From Prorocentrum cordatum (taxonomy: Eukaryota): a DNA stretch of 55,216 nucleotides. The DNA is taken from the NCBI GenBank assembly GCA_963575745.1, contig CAUYUJ010000174.1, positions 62,001 to 117,216 on the forward strand, in the 5' to 3' direction. Below the pieces are notes generated by a model, which made no database searches, was not told where the DNA came from, and saw nothing but the letters and a program-made list of their open reading frames with translations. This document shows positions 10,501 through 20,990 of the stretch, in pieces. Numbering within the stretch: position 1 is the first letter of the stretch; each line of letters begins with the position of its first letter. The position numbers and the translations under genes are program-made.

Positions 10501-13500
10501 TCCCAGTGCGACCCTACCTAGGAGTTGGAGCATCTAGGAAAACATAATCTACATATACACCGACAGCTACATTCACATCTACACCTGCATCTACATCTAC
10601 ATCAACATCAACAGCGAGACTCACATCTACATCTACACCTACATATACACCTACACCTACAAATACATCTACATATACATATACATCTACACCTACATCC
10701 ACATCTACACCTACACCTACATCTACATCGACATCTACAACTTCGCATTGGTGTTGCTTTTGCTTTGCGTTGCCTTGCCTGTGCTAATTTTGCTGTTGCT
10801 GTTGATGTTGCTTTGCGTTTGCTGTTGTCGGTGATTGATGTTGTGTTTGATGTGCCTGCTATGCTCTGCTATGCTATGATATGATATGATATGCTGAGCT
10901 ATGCTATGATATGCTATGCTATGATATGCTTGGCCATGCTATGCTATGTTATGCTGTGCTAATGCTGCGCTGCGCTATGCTGCGCTGCGCTAAGCTAAGC
11001 TAAGGCGAGCTAAGATATGATAAGCTAAGTTAAGCTAAGCCAGGCTAGGCTAAGCCAAGCTAAGCTAAACAAAGCTAAGCCAGGCTAAGTCAAGCTAAGC
11101 TAAGCTAGGCTAGGCTAAGCTAAGCTAAGCTGAGCTAAGTTAAGCTAGGCTAAGCTAGGTTAGGTTAAGCTAAGCTAAGCTAAGCTAGGCTAAGCTAAGA
11201 TGAGATAAGCAACGCTAAGCTAAGGGGACGTAACTGGGGGAACCGCGGGGCGGATACTGGGGGAACCGCCCGGGGCGGTGTGCACTGCCCGGCCCCTTTA
11301 AGAAAGAGAGTAAGAACCCTTCTAGGCAGAGCCTAGGTAGGGAATAAACTTCTTCGCTGTCGGGGGCGCCTGTCCCTGGGCGGCTGGGAAGTCCCCCAAT
11401 CAGAGCCTGCCTCGGCAGGGGTCCTAGCGGATTCATATGGCTAGGTGAGTTGAGCCGCCGATGTCGGTGGCCAGCCCGGGTGCCCGGGTGCCCGGGTGCC
11501 CGGGTGCTCTATCGCCCTTTAGCCCTATAGCCCTATAGCCCTATATAGTCTATGGCCCTATAGCCCTATAGCCCTATAGCTCTATAGCCCTATAGCCATG
11601 TAGCCCTACAGCCCTACAGCCCTATAGCCCTGTAGCTCCTTAACCCTATAGCTCAAAAAAAGATCATGATTGGGGTGTTTCTCTGGTGCCAGTGATACCC
11701 TGACGGTGGCACATTAGGGGTATGTATAAACTTTCCAGCTGCCTGGGGGGCTGGCGTCCCCGACTGCGGAAAAAAGTCGACTGTACATGGAGAGCGGGGG
11801 GGGGGCGTCCAAGAGGTGGGGGCACGCTCTGCGTTACAAGGAGGCCGCCCCCCACACCGCCCTGCCCATGGCCACAACCGCACCCAAGGCGCCTCCTAGC
11901 ATCTCTCTGGCCACCTCCCCGCGCCGCGTCCACCGGCCGGTGGCCACTCTGGGGGCGATTCAGGGCCATCTTGGAGGCTATCTTGGCCGCTCTTGGGTCC
12001 GTCTGAGGAGCCTCTTGTGCCGTCATGGGGCCGTCTTGGAAGCCTCTTGGGCGATCTTGGGGGCCCCCGGGGCCGTCGGAGGGCCGAAAAGAAGGCAGCG
12101 CGCGAAAGTCCTTTTCAAAGGCAGAGTTAACCAGCCTCGAACGTATCCCTATCCCCAAGATGGGCGAGCAAAAAGCGAGGACAATCCTAGGGATAGGCCC
12201 TCAGGAACTGAGGGAATCCTTAAGATCGGCATCGAGGTGAGGTGATGCCAAACATAGGGATAGGGATATGTTTCAAATTGGTAACGAGCGGCGCCCCCCA
12301 TCGGAGCCCCCACGCAGGGCCCGCGGCGCCCGCGAGCGCCCCCCCCGACGGGACCCCTCGCGCGGCCCACCCTGGCCGCCGCAGCCGCGAGGGTGCCCCC
12401 CGTGGGCGCCCCGTGGGCGCCCCGCCCCGTGGGCGCCCCGCACCGTGGGCGCGCCTCGTGGGCGCCTCGTAGGCGCACCGTGGGCACGCCTCGTGGGCGC
12501 CTCGTGGGCGCCCCGTGGGCGCCCCGTGGGCGCCTCGTGGGCGCCTCGTGGGCGCCCCGCCCCGTGGGCGCCCCTCGTGGGCGCCTCGTGGGCGCCCCGT
12601 GGGCGCCCCGCGAGCCGCCCTCCGGGCCGGAGCCCTCGCGGGCTCCATGCTGGCCAGGTTCCCGAGCCCTCGGTCGGGCACATCCCCTCCTGCGGGCGCA
12701 GCCTCGAAGGAAATCAAAGAGCATAGTCGAAGCACAAGGGATCCCAAAGTGGCCAGACGGGGGGCACGAGAAAAAGTTGGTCCCCTGGCTGCGTTTTTTA
12801 CTGTTCGTGGCTCCTCCTCCTCCTCCTCCTGCATCGGGGGCGGCCAAGAGGGGGGCGACCAAGGGGGGGGGGAGCCGCAAATCACGGCCGGCGGCGCGTG
12901 CGCGGCCCCCGGGCCCATGGGGGGGGCCAGGGACGCAATGAAATAGGAGGAGGCGCCATGAAATCTGGGGAGATCTCGTGGCCCACGCCATGGCATCCCC
13001 CCCCCCTGGTCATCACCCCCCCTCTGGCCGCCCCCCGAGCCCCCCGACTGCGACGAGGGACCTGCCCGGCTGCGCCCGAGCCACGGCCCGCCGCGGCCAC
13101 GGGGGGAGGCCCCCCCGGGGAGAGGCCGAGCGCTCACGCGTCCACGAGCACATCGCCGCGGCTCCCGCCGCCCCGGGGGTCTTGCAGGCCTGGAGATCGA
13201 CACCAACACCAACAGGTGTGCATCTATAGAGATTGCAGGCCAGGAGATTGACTGAGATTGCGTTCTGAGAGATTCTATTAGGCGTTTCTGAGATTGCAAC
13301 ACCAACACCAACACCACCCGGGGTCTTGCAGGCCTAGAGATTGACACCAACACTAGCACCAATAGATATCGGCGGTGTGCATCCACCGAGGGAGGAAGAT
13401 CCTCGATCTCGGTGATGGTGGTGATGTTCTGGCTTCCAAGGTGGCCGAGATATTGCCACCAACACCGAAACCGAGGATCGTCTTCCCCCTGTGGAGGCAA

Positions 13501-15678
13501 CCCCCTGTGTTGGTGTTGGTGCCCATTTCTAGGCCTCCAAGGGTCGGCCTCCTCCGGGGCCGGCTTTGAAAGCGCCGCGTGCAGCCGAGCTGGGGCTTCG
13601 TAAACAGGGGTTTGGCTAAACGGGGGCCTAGGCTGTTCCACATACCCCCGTTTACAGTCGGGGCGTTGACCTAAGGAACCCTAAATAAGGAACGGGGCCC
13701 CTTTCTCCCATAAATTACACTTCGATCTCCCATGGAAAACCTCATGAAAACCTGAGGCAAGCTGCAGAACAATCAAGGAACACCGAGCCCCTCCTCAACG
13801 AGAAGGGTTCCTTCGTCAGCGCCCCGACTGCAGGGGTTTGGCTAACAGGGGGCTTTGGCTGTTCCACATTACCCCCGTTGACTGTGCCCCCGTCTGTGGC
13901 GCCCCGGGCCGCCTCAACGAGGAGGAGGAGGAGCACTGTAAAGCAACTAAGGAACACGGAGCCCCTCCCCAACAAAAAGGGTTCCTTCTTCGGGGCCCCG
14001 ACTGACGTCGGGCGCGTCCCCCTACAGTCGGATTTGGGGCTGGGAATGCAAAATACTTACAAAAATGCCCCCAAATAGTCAACACATCTATTCCAGAAAT
14101 AGTCCCCAGACTATTGCTTTATTCTCTTGACGATTCCTCCTGTAGAGGGACAGGCCCGACTGAAAGCCAAGGCTACCGTCGGCCCGGGTCAGAAGGAAGC
14201 GCGATGAGGATTCAGGGGGCCTTGGAAGGCCACGTCGACATTCTGCGAGCGGGGCGCGGCCAGCGGGAGCGGCCAAGGATGGACCGAGGAGGCAAGGATG
14301 CCAGGGTACCCCTTGGGAAAGATGCCCATCCCATCTACGCGGGTTCACTGCACGGTGGGGGCAGTCGATGGGGATTTTTTCTTATATTAGGCAGCATAGA
14401 GGACCACTTCGTGGAGTATTCACCTGCTCGTGACGAGTACGTGTACTACACTCGAGAGCTGACAGGTCGCTAGTGCAGTCGATGAGGGGAACCATTGGAC
14501 AAGGAAGCCGGGGCATGGCAGCCGGTGGAGCTGCGATCGTGCAGTGGCCAGGGGCCCCACCGCCGCCCCGGGCAGCTCCCCCAGGGTCTGCAGCCGCCCG
14601 AGCACACGCCTTGAGCCACGCCCCCACCGCAGCCAGTGCGCTTGGCCGAGGGAGAATTCACGGGCGAAGAACGGTATAAAATGAACTGTTTCGCTGTCGG
14701 GGGCGCCTGTCCCTGGGCGGCTGGAAAGTTTATACCCCTACGGTGGCGCCGTAGGGGTATAAACTTTCCAGCCGCCCAGGGACAGGCGCCCCCGACAGCG
14801 AAACAGTTCATTTTATACCGTTCTTCGCCCGTTTAAAGAAAGAAACCACTGCACAAACGCAAACGTTTGGAGGTCCGCGCGGATCTCGCGGATCTGGGCT
14901 AGAACCCCCTCCTTGGCGCGCGGGGCGCGCCGGGGGTGGCGCCGGAGGCGCCGCCAGGGTCAGGTCGGACATGTCCCCCTACAGGCGGGTTTTGTGTGCA
15001 AATTGAAAATCATCATAGGATACCCAACAACAAACGAAACATGATAGAAAAATCGTCACTCGACTATTTTTTTACTATTTTTGAGTCTTCCTCCTGTAGA
15101 AGGACAGGCCCGACTTCACGCCAGGGGGCCCAGCGCAGATCCAAGAAATCCGCGCGGAGCGTCGAAAATGCATGTTCAGCTTAGCTGCCCCGATGCGCAA
15201 CACGCAACACGTAGCGTATTGATACGGAGCTCAGCTCGTAGACTGAACATGGACGTTTTGAACACGGACGTCTTGAACACGGCACGTGCCACGTGTTACG
15301 TTTCACAACGTGCGTATCAGAGCAGCTAAGACGTTGATGCTTATGGCGTTTTTCTTCTTCGAGGACAGGACCCATCGCGTCGCGCTTGGCGACCCCTCCC
15401 AGCTGCGTTGCACTGGCGGGGGGGGGGTCGAACCCGGGGGGGGACCCGCCGCCTCCCGTGCCAGGGCCCTCCCCCCCTTGCCTCCTTGAGTTGCAAGGGG
15501 GGGGGGAAGGGGTTCGAAGCAGGCCTCCCCCCCTCGTCGCCCGACGTGGGGGGGGGCCCCTGGGGAGAAGCCGAGGACGTGCCGCAGACCTTTCCTCGAC
15601 CCCTGGCCGCCCTGGTCGGGCTGCGCCGGGGGGCGAGCCCCCAGGAGCTCGCTGCGCAGGAGCTGCGAGTAGATCGAC
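1166..15678 (-). CDS. FZR1: Partial multi-exon gene: Cdh1/fizzy-related APC/C co-activator (WD40); 3' part lies left of the window, 5' exons not found
   Basis: Hand-spliced peptide [13 protein letters not shown]...[14 protein letters not shown]...[124 protein letters not shown] follows the Cdh1 order of motifs. YSxLLxxELLG, SQxLLxx[13 protein letters not shown] and VxKLCDL are Cdh1/CCS52-type rather than Cdc20-type. Confidence 0.9.
2452..2608 (+). mobile_element. ~157-bp MITE-like family (core TIR TGGACAAACCTCC...GGAGGTCTGTCCA); copies at 8614-8770, 17641-17798, partial 16401-16515
   Basis: Four dispersed alignable copies with inverted termini and no ORF. Confidence 0.8.
3201..3364 (+). mobile_element. 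~163-bp element (TGAAGGG...GGGACACACAAA...CCTGA) with 5-bp TSD; copies at 16236-16398, 21677-21839, partial ~10125-10215
   Basis: Flanks GGATC/GGATC, AAATT/AAATT and GATTG/GATGG. Confidence 0.8.
6523..6690. mobile_element. MITE family with ~29-bp TIR (TNANGTCGGGCATGTCCCCCTACAGG) and 8-bp TSD; copies at 14003-14164, 14960-15118, 19214-19406, ~8921-9666; isolated ends at ~4885, ~5435, ~5985, ~39405
   Basis: Paired inverted ends. TSDs: GGCTACGG/GGCTACCG, CGCCAGGG (14952-14959/15119-15126), GACGAGCA (19206-19213/19407-19414). Confidence 0.85.
7140..7300. repeat. Imperfect ~160-bp palindrome (foldback/MITE-like)
   Basis: The left arm GAGGGCGCCAACTATACACCAACACCGATCCTGGCCAGG... is the reverse complement of the right arm with scattered mismatches. 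Confidence 0.85.
7611..7787 (-). CDS. FZR1: FZR1 exon ([13 protein letters not shown]...LAVGTNKGE), WD40 repeats 1-2
   Basis: 177 nt, 59 codons; AG|G acceptor at 7789-7788; GC donor at 7610-7609; strong Cdh1 motif match. Confidence 0.95.
8338..8470 (-). CDS. FZR1: FZR1 exon ([44 protein letters not shown]); 5' boundary 8470 (non-canonical) or 8445 (AG)
   Basis: Contains the fizzy signature KVLDAPxLxDDFYLNL; GT donor at 8337-8336; the 8338-8445 core is secure. Confidence 0.92.
8801..8894 (-). CDS. FZR1: FZR1 exon ([32 protein letters not shown]); 3' boundary 8801 or 8797
   Basis: AG|G acceptor at 8896-8895; TPExxNLFRF resembles the Cdh1/CCS52 N-terminal TPE..(N)I/LFxF/Y segment; in frame with the next exon under both splice models. 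Confidence 0.75.
8944..9190 (+). mobile_element. ~250-bp MITE family (TIR CTTTGTGGGCCCCGGAAACGGCAGGGCCG; internal AAAAAACGGC repeats) with 8-bp TSD; copies at 16549-16798 (minus) and ~5454-5690
   Basis: TSDs TACGGGCG/TACAGGCG and GTCGGGGC/GTCAGGGC. Confidence 0.85.
9671..9739 (-). CDS. FZR1: Probable FZR1 exon ([23 protein letters not shown])
   Basis: AG|G acceptor and GC donor; phases match neighbours; its 3' end is duplicated at the next acceptor. No conserved motif. Confidence 0.55.
10498..11347. mobile_element. TIR-bounded insert (CCCTACCTAGG 10512-10522 / CCTAGGTAGGG 11332-11342) filled with (TACAYC)n, (ATGCT)n and (GCTAA)n satellites
   Basis: Perfect 11-bp inverted repeat; removal rejoins a copy of the 14660 palindrome arm. 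Confidence 0.65.
12390..12612. repeat. (GTGGGCGCCYC)n 11-bp minisatellite
   Basis: Direct reading. Confidence 0.9.
14660..14832. repeat. Perfect 173-bp palindrome (84-bp arms, 5-nt spacer TGGCG)
   Basis: 14660-14743 is the exact reverse complement of 14749-14832. Confidence 0.95.
15372..15412 (-). CDS. FZR1: Candidate FZR1 micro-exon ([13 protein letters not shown])
   Basis: AG acceptor and GT donor; phase 2 in and phase 1 out fit the chain. Supported by phase consistency only. Confidence 0.35.
15525..15559 (-). CDS. FZR1: Candidate FZR1 micro-exon ([11 protein letters not shown])
   Basis: TTCTCCCCAG|G acceptor and AG|GC donor; phase 0 in, phase 2 out. Supported by phase consistency only. 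Confidence 0.35.
15639..15678 (-). CDS. FZR1: FZR1 exon ([13 protein letters not shown])
   Basis: Matches the conserved Cdh1 N-terminal YSxLLxxELLG motif; CAG|G acceptor and GC donor. Confidence 0.78.
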
Positions 15679-17413
15679 CTGGGGGGTGGCCGGAAGGGCC
15701 GAGCCCGAGCCCGAGACCGAGCGCCGAGCCCGAGCCCGAAGCAGAGCGCGAGGCCGAGCCCGAGCCCGAAGCCTGGCGCGAGCCCGAGCCCGAGCCCGAG
15801 CTCGAGCACAGGCGTGAGCCCCCCCCTCCTCCTCCTCCTCCTCCTCCTCCCTCCCTCCTCCTCCTCCTCCCCTCCTCCTCCTCCTCCTCCTCCCTCCTCC
15901 TCCTCCTCCTCCTCCCTCCTCCTCCTCCTCCTCCTCCTCCTCCTCCTCCTCCTCCTCCTCTCCTCCTCCTCCTCCTCCTCCTCCTCCTCCTCCTCCCCCT
16001 CCTCCTCCTCCTCCTCCTCCTCCTCCTCCTCCTCCTCCTCCTCCTCCTCCTCCCGCCCGAGCCCGAGCACGAGCCCGAAGGGGGGGCGGGGCAGGCCCAC
16101 GTCGCGGTGCCGTGGACCGCGGTGGCCTCTCACAGCGCGCGGACCGCCCGACCTAAAAACGGCCGCGGCTCTCCGACGGCCCAAACCGCTCGATTTGTCG
16201 GCCGAGTCGGGGCCATTGGCAGCGTTCGGGGATTGTGAAGGGGAACTGGGACACACAAATAAATACACACCAATGAAAATATCCCCCATATTTTCCCATA
16301 TTTTCTGGGTTTTTGTCTTCCCTCCCACTTCCCATATTTTCCCATATTTTCTGGGAAATCCACGATTGATTGTGTCTGTGTGTTTCTTTCCCTCCTGAGA
16401 TGGACAGACCCCCCTTTAGTAAGACGTGGTTTAGTGAAAGCGACCCGAGGCCCACACCTGGCGGGCGCAAGCCTGGAAAGTGACGGCCATGGCGCCCTCT
16501 CGAGAACCGAAAACAGCCCGAACCGCCCGATGTCGGCCGAGTCGGGGCCTTCGTGGGCCCTGGAAACGACAGGGCCGTTTTGTTGCCGGTTCCGTTTTGC
16601 CGTTTTTTGTTTGCCAGTTCCGACGCCTTTTTGTTACCGGTCCCGTCGCCGTTTTTTGGCCGGTTCCGGCTCCGGTTCCAGTCCTGGAACAGTTTTTTTG
16701 CCGTTTCCGGTCGCCGTTTTTTTGCCGTTTCCATTTTCAAGGGACATTTTTGGGGAAACGGTGAAAAAACGGCCCTGCCGTTTCCGGGGCCCACAAAGGT
16801 CAGGGCCACTGGCAACGTTAAACCTTGAACGCCCGCGTCGAAGTCGCCGCCGCGTCAACGCGGCGCTAATCTGCCAGAATCGAGCCGGCCGTTCGCAGCT
16901 GGTCCTCCCGGCGCCTGGGGATGCCCAGGAGCGCACATGCCATCGAGGAGTGTGCCTAGCGGCGGGAGCCCAAGCCAACTGCACGCGGCAGTCTTCGCAG
17001 CCCCCCAGGCCAAAAGAAGCTCCTCCCCGAGGCCGACAAGGTACGCTCCTCTCCGAAATCGAGGCCGAGAAGAGGCGCTCAATATCAGCCCTGCACCGAC
17101 GGACGCGCCATCCTTCTCCTCACCCCAACCAGGCGGCTCAGGAGCGGGACCCGTGGCGGGAAGAACAGGAAAGGGGGACCCTGACCCCCTCGCGGTGTGA
17201 CAAAAAATACGGCGGGAGGTTGCGTCCAAGAGGGGGGGATGCAAATCATGGCCGGCGGAATGTGCGCGGCCCAGGGAGGGGACCAGGGACGTAATGGAAT
17301 AAGAAGAGGCGCTGTGAAATCTGGGGAAATATCATGGCCCGCGCCATGATATCCACCCCCCCCTGGTCATCACCCCCCTCCCCAGACCCCCGACGTAATG
17401 ATTTTTTCATTAC

Positions 17414-17855
17414 GTCGACCCCCAAAGGTCCCGACCCTTTCCCCATGACCGGCTTTGCATCCTGAGTCGTTTTTTGACGCCCCCGAGGCCCGGTGAGGGC
17501 CCCCGGAGGCCGAAAATTAGGAAAAACCTCCCGTCATGATGTTTTTTATTACTCGAGGGGTCTGGGTCTTTGCCGCGCCCGAATATTTTCGGCCTGCGGG
17601 GTCCCTCACCGGGCCCCGGGACCGTCAAACAACTCGGGGATGGACAGACCCCCTTTTAGTAAAACATGGTTTAGTGAAAACGACCTGAGGCCCAAACCTG
17701 GCGGGCGCAAGCCTGGAAAATGACGGCCGCGGCGTCCTCTCGAGAACCGAAAACGGACAATTTACTAATCGACGTGTCACTGTTGGGGGTTCTGCCCACC
17801 CGCGAACAACGACTCGGGATGAAAAGCCGGTCCGGGGACCTCTGGGGGGCCGACG
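17414..17855. mobile_element. Degenerate foldback element with a MITE inserted in its right arm
   Basis: 17414-17500 is the reverse complement of 17600-17633 plus 17805-17855 once the 17641-17798 MITE is removed. Confidence 0.65.
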
Positions 17856-19099
17856 CTCTGCGAGCAAAAAAAAAACCGACGGCGGGGGTCTGGGGCGGCG
17901 GGGCCCACGAACCCTGAGGCCTGGAGGCTGGCAAAGCTGCCCGAAGGAGAAGAAAAAACAAAACAAACAAACATTAAGCATCAAAAACAAAGCAATGAAG
18001 ATAAAAACATCAACATAAAAACAGACAAACAAAAACAATATAAAACCATCAAACAAAAAAAACAATACATCAAAAACGAAACAAAACAAACCAAAACAAA
18101 AACAACACAAACAAACATCAACAACAAAACATCAACAACACATCAACAACAAAACAATCTAGATACATCAAGCAAAAAAAAAAACAATACAACAAAACAT
18201 CAAAACATCAACAAAACATCAAAACAAAAATTAAACATCAACAACAAAACAATATAGATACAAAAGGCCCTGGTCCGCGGCGGGGCCTCGCACGCCCGGC
18301 CTCGCAGGCGGACCGTGGCGCTCTCTGGACGGCCCGGGGGGGGGGGCGGGGGCCGGCCCGGAGGCGACCAAAAGTCATCCGGCAGCCCGACTCCTCTCCT
18401 CCTCCTCACTCCTCCTCCTCCTCCTCCTCCTCCTCCTCCTCCTCCCTGCTCCTCGTCCTGCTCCTCCTCCTCTCCTCCTCTTCTCCTCCTCCTCCTCCTC
18501 CTCCTCCTCCTCCTCCTCCGCCTCCTCCTCCTCCTCCTTCTCCTCCTCCTCCTGCTCCTCCTGCTCCTCCTCCTCCTCCTGCTCCTCCTCCTCCTCCTGC
18601 TCCTCGTCCTGCTCCGCCTCCTCCTCCTCCTCCTCCTCCTCCTCCTCCTCCTCCTCCTCATCATCCTCATCCTCCTCCTGCTCCTCGTCCTGCTCCCTCC
18701 GTCCTGCTCCGCCTCCTGCTCCTCCTCCTCCTCCTCCTCCTCCTCCTCCTCCTCCTCCTCCTCCTCCTCCTCCTCCTCCTCCTCCGCCTCCTCCGCCTCC
18801 TCCGCCTCTTCCTCCGCGGCCTCCCTGGCCGCCTCCGTCTCCGCCTTCTGCGCCGCGCTCGCCCTCAGGCCGGCCGGTCGGCGCCGCGAGGCCTCGCTCG
18901 TCCTCCTCCCTTCTCCTCCTCGGCGCTCCTCCTCGGCGCCCCTTCCCCGCCTGCTCCTCCTCGGCGCTTCTCCTTTCTCCTCCTCGGCGCTCCTCCTCGA
19001 CGCTCCTCCTCGGCGCCCCTTCCCCGCCTGCTCCAGCAGTGGTCGTGTTGCAGCGCAATGCTGTCGTCGCGCCAGTGCCTGTATAGGCGGCGAGAGGCC

Positions 19100-20990
19100 G
19101 CCGGCTCCAGGCCGCGGCTGGACTGCCTCCGGATGTCCACCCCGGACGGATGGCCCGGTGAGGGGCATGCATGACCTGGTCGCAGTCGGCGAGATGGTGC
19201 TCCTGGACGAGCATAATGTCGGGCCTGTCCCCCTACACGGGGATTTTCGACGAAAAACAAAACATACCCCAAACATAGTCCAAAAATAGTCCAAGAATAG
19301 TCCGGGGACTATTTTTTCTGTATTTCTTGACCTTCTTGGGGCATTTTTGGGGGCATCTCTTATTCATCGTCGAAAATCCCCCTGTAGGGGGACACGCCCG
19401 ACTTAAGACGAGCACCGCGTGCGCCCAGGCCCGACTCGGCCACGCCTTCGCGGCCGCCCGCCCCGTGAACTCTGCGGCCTCCACCGCCGCCCCAAGAACT
19501 GTCGGAGCCACTCGAGCCGGCTGCGGCCGGTGGAGACCCGCGCCGAAGCGAGAGCGGGGGACCTGGGCGACTGGCAGGGCGTGCGAGCCTGGCCCGGGCC
19601 GCCGAGAAGCCAGTGCCAGCAGCTATGCGGCTGCTGGCTGTCCTCCTCCTCCTCCTCCTCCTCCTCCTCCTCCTCCTCCTCCTCCTCCTCGTCTCTTCCC
19701 TCGTCTCCTCCTCATCCTCCTCCTCCGCCTCCTCCTCCTCATCCTCCTCCTCATCCTCCTCCTCCTCCTCCTCCTCCTCCTCCTCCTCCTCCTCTTCCTC
19801 CCTCGGTTCCACAGACACCTGCCGGGTGCAGGCGCGGTGCCGCGTGGCTAGGGTGGTGTGGGAGTCGACTGAGCAGCTGCGGCGCCAGCGTCACTACCTG
19901 CGACCTTGTCGGCGCCCTGGCCCAAGAGAACCTTGGGCCTCTCGCGGACGTCCGAATCGGACATGTCGGAGTCGGTGATGTCCAGGGCTGCAGCCGCACC
20001 TTCAGCACAACCCACTCCATTCCGGGCCAGCGCCGCGGTTGTGGCACGCGATGCTGCTGCGCTGGCTGACAAACTCCGCGACCCTACGGCTTCTCATGAG
20101 GGGGGGGTCGTCCACGATGGCTCCCTTGACGTCCCCCTTGTCGTCAGTCTTCCTCTTGAGCCCGTCGAGGTCCGACTGCGGCAAACGTAATGACTGCTGT
20201 CGGTGCCAAACACCTAGCTCGTCGTCGTCGGCCAGGGCGAACGCGCCGTCCTTGCCATTGATAAGTACCGCCGGCTGATACCATGGACAGGGACAGCAGG
20301 CTGGCCATCAGCAGCGCCATCGCAAGGATGCACAGCCCCTTGTAGCTTAGATGCCAGTTCCGCGTCGATCACTGACTGGCAAATGTTCAACCATCTCCCC
20401 ACATCCCTGCAACCACTCCACCGCCTTCCCCACGTGCGAGATAGCGTTGCCGAGCTTCTTTTCCAAGTTCTGAACCTTTTTGAAGTGTCTCCGCCGCTTG
20501 ACGCTCCGAAGGTGTCTGGGTTGGTACGGTGTCATACGCTTGCTTGGCTCTGAGCCAAGCGTCGACTTGTTCACTCGCCTGCTTGCCCCCAAACTTGGAG
20601 GCCAGGGCCGAGAGAGCGTTGATCTCCTCGACGTCGACGTCGTTCGGCACGTCTCCCCCGTCCCAGCTTGCCAGCAAGCGTGGAGGTCCACGCTGCCAAG
20701 GTCCAACAGTCTCTGGTCCTCTGCGGGTGCGACGGCAGCCTCTCCCCGTCTGCAGGCCATGCCCCTTGCACACTCTGTATCAGGAGAGACTTCTGCCGCA
20801 AAAGGCACTCGAAAAAAGAGCACTTCCGCTGTGGCGCCACGGGGCCGCGTCCCCCGCCATCGCGCCGTGACCACAGGGACTGGGCAGCCGGGGGATGTTG
20901 AGCGCCGAGCCATGGCGGACCGCAGTCACCCAGGTCGTTCTGGAGCGTCGGCGGCAGCGAACACAAAATACCTGCTTAAGCCAGAACGGC
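19100..20990 (-). mobile_element. Degraded non-LTR retrotransposon 5' remnant (LINE C): SL relic, frameshifted coiled-coil ORF1, APE endonuclease N-terminus
   Basis: GCCGTTCTGGCTTAAG (13/16 to the SL 3' end) at 20990-20975; removing the 19214-19406 MITE restores AHAVLVQEHHL...GW, an APE motif. Confidence 0.7.

Noticed and set aside
13190..13535. Spaced CACCAACACCAACAC repeats suggesting a CRISPR array
   Set aside because: Repeats are degenerate, irregularly spaced and partly inverted; there are no cas genes and the context is eukaryotic.
16960..17092. Candidate upstream FZR1 exon (ADIERLFSASISE...) after TGCAG|G
   Set aside because: No conserved motif, and no phase-consistent link to other exons could be established.
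17809..17832. Minus-strand DRLFIPSR resembling the Cdh1 C-box (DRFIPxR) at a plausible position
   Set aside because: It has an extra residue, lies in one arm of a foldback element (reverse complement at ~17447-17470), and I found no clean splice path to the ELLG exon. Left uncalled; a cDNA would settle it.
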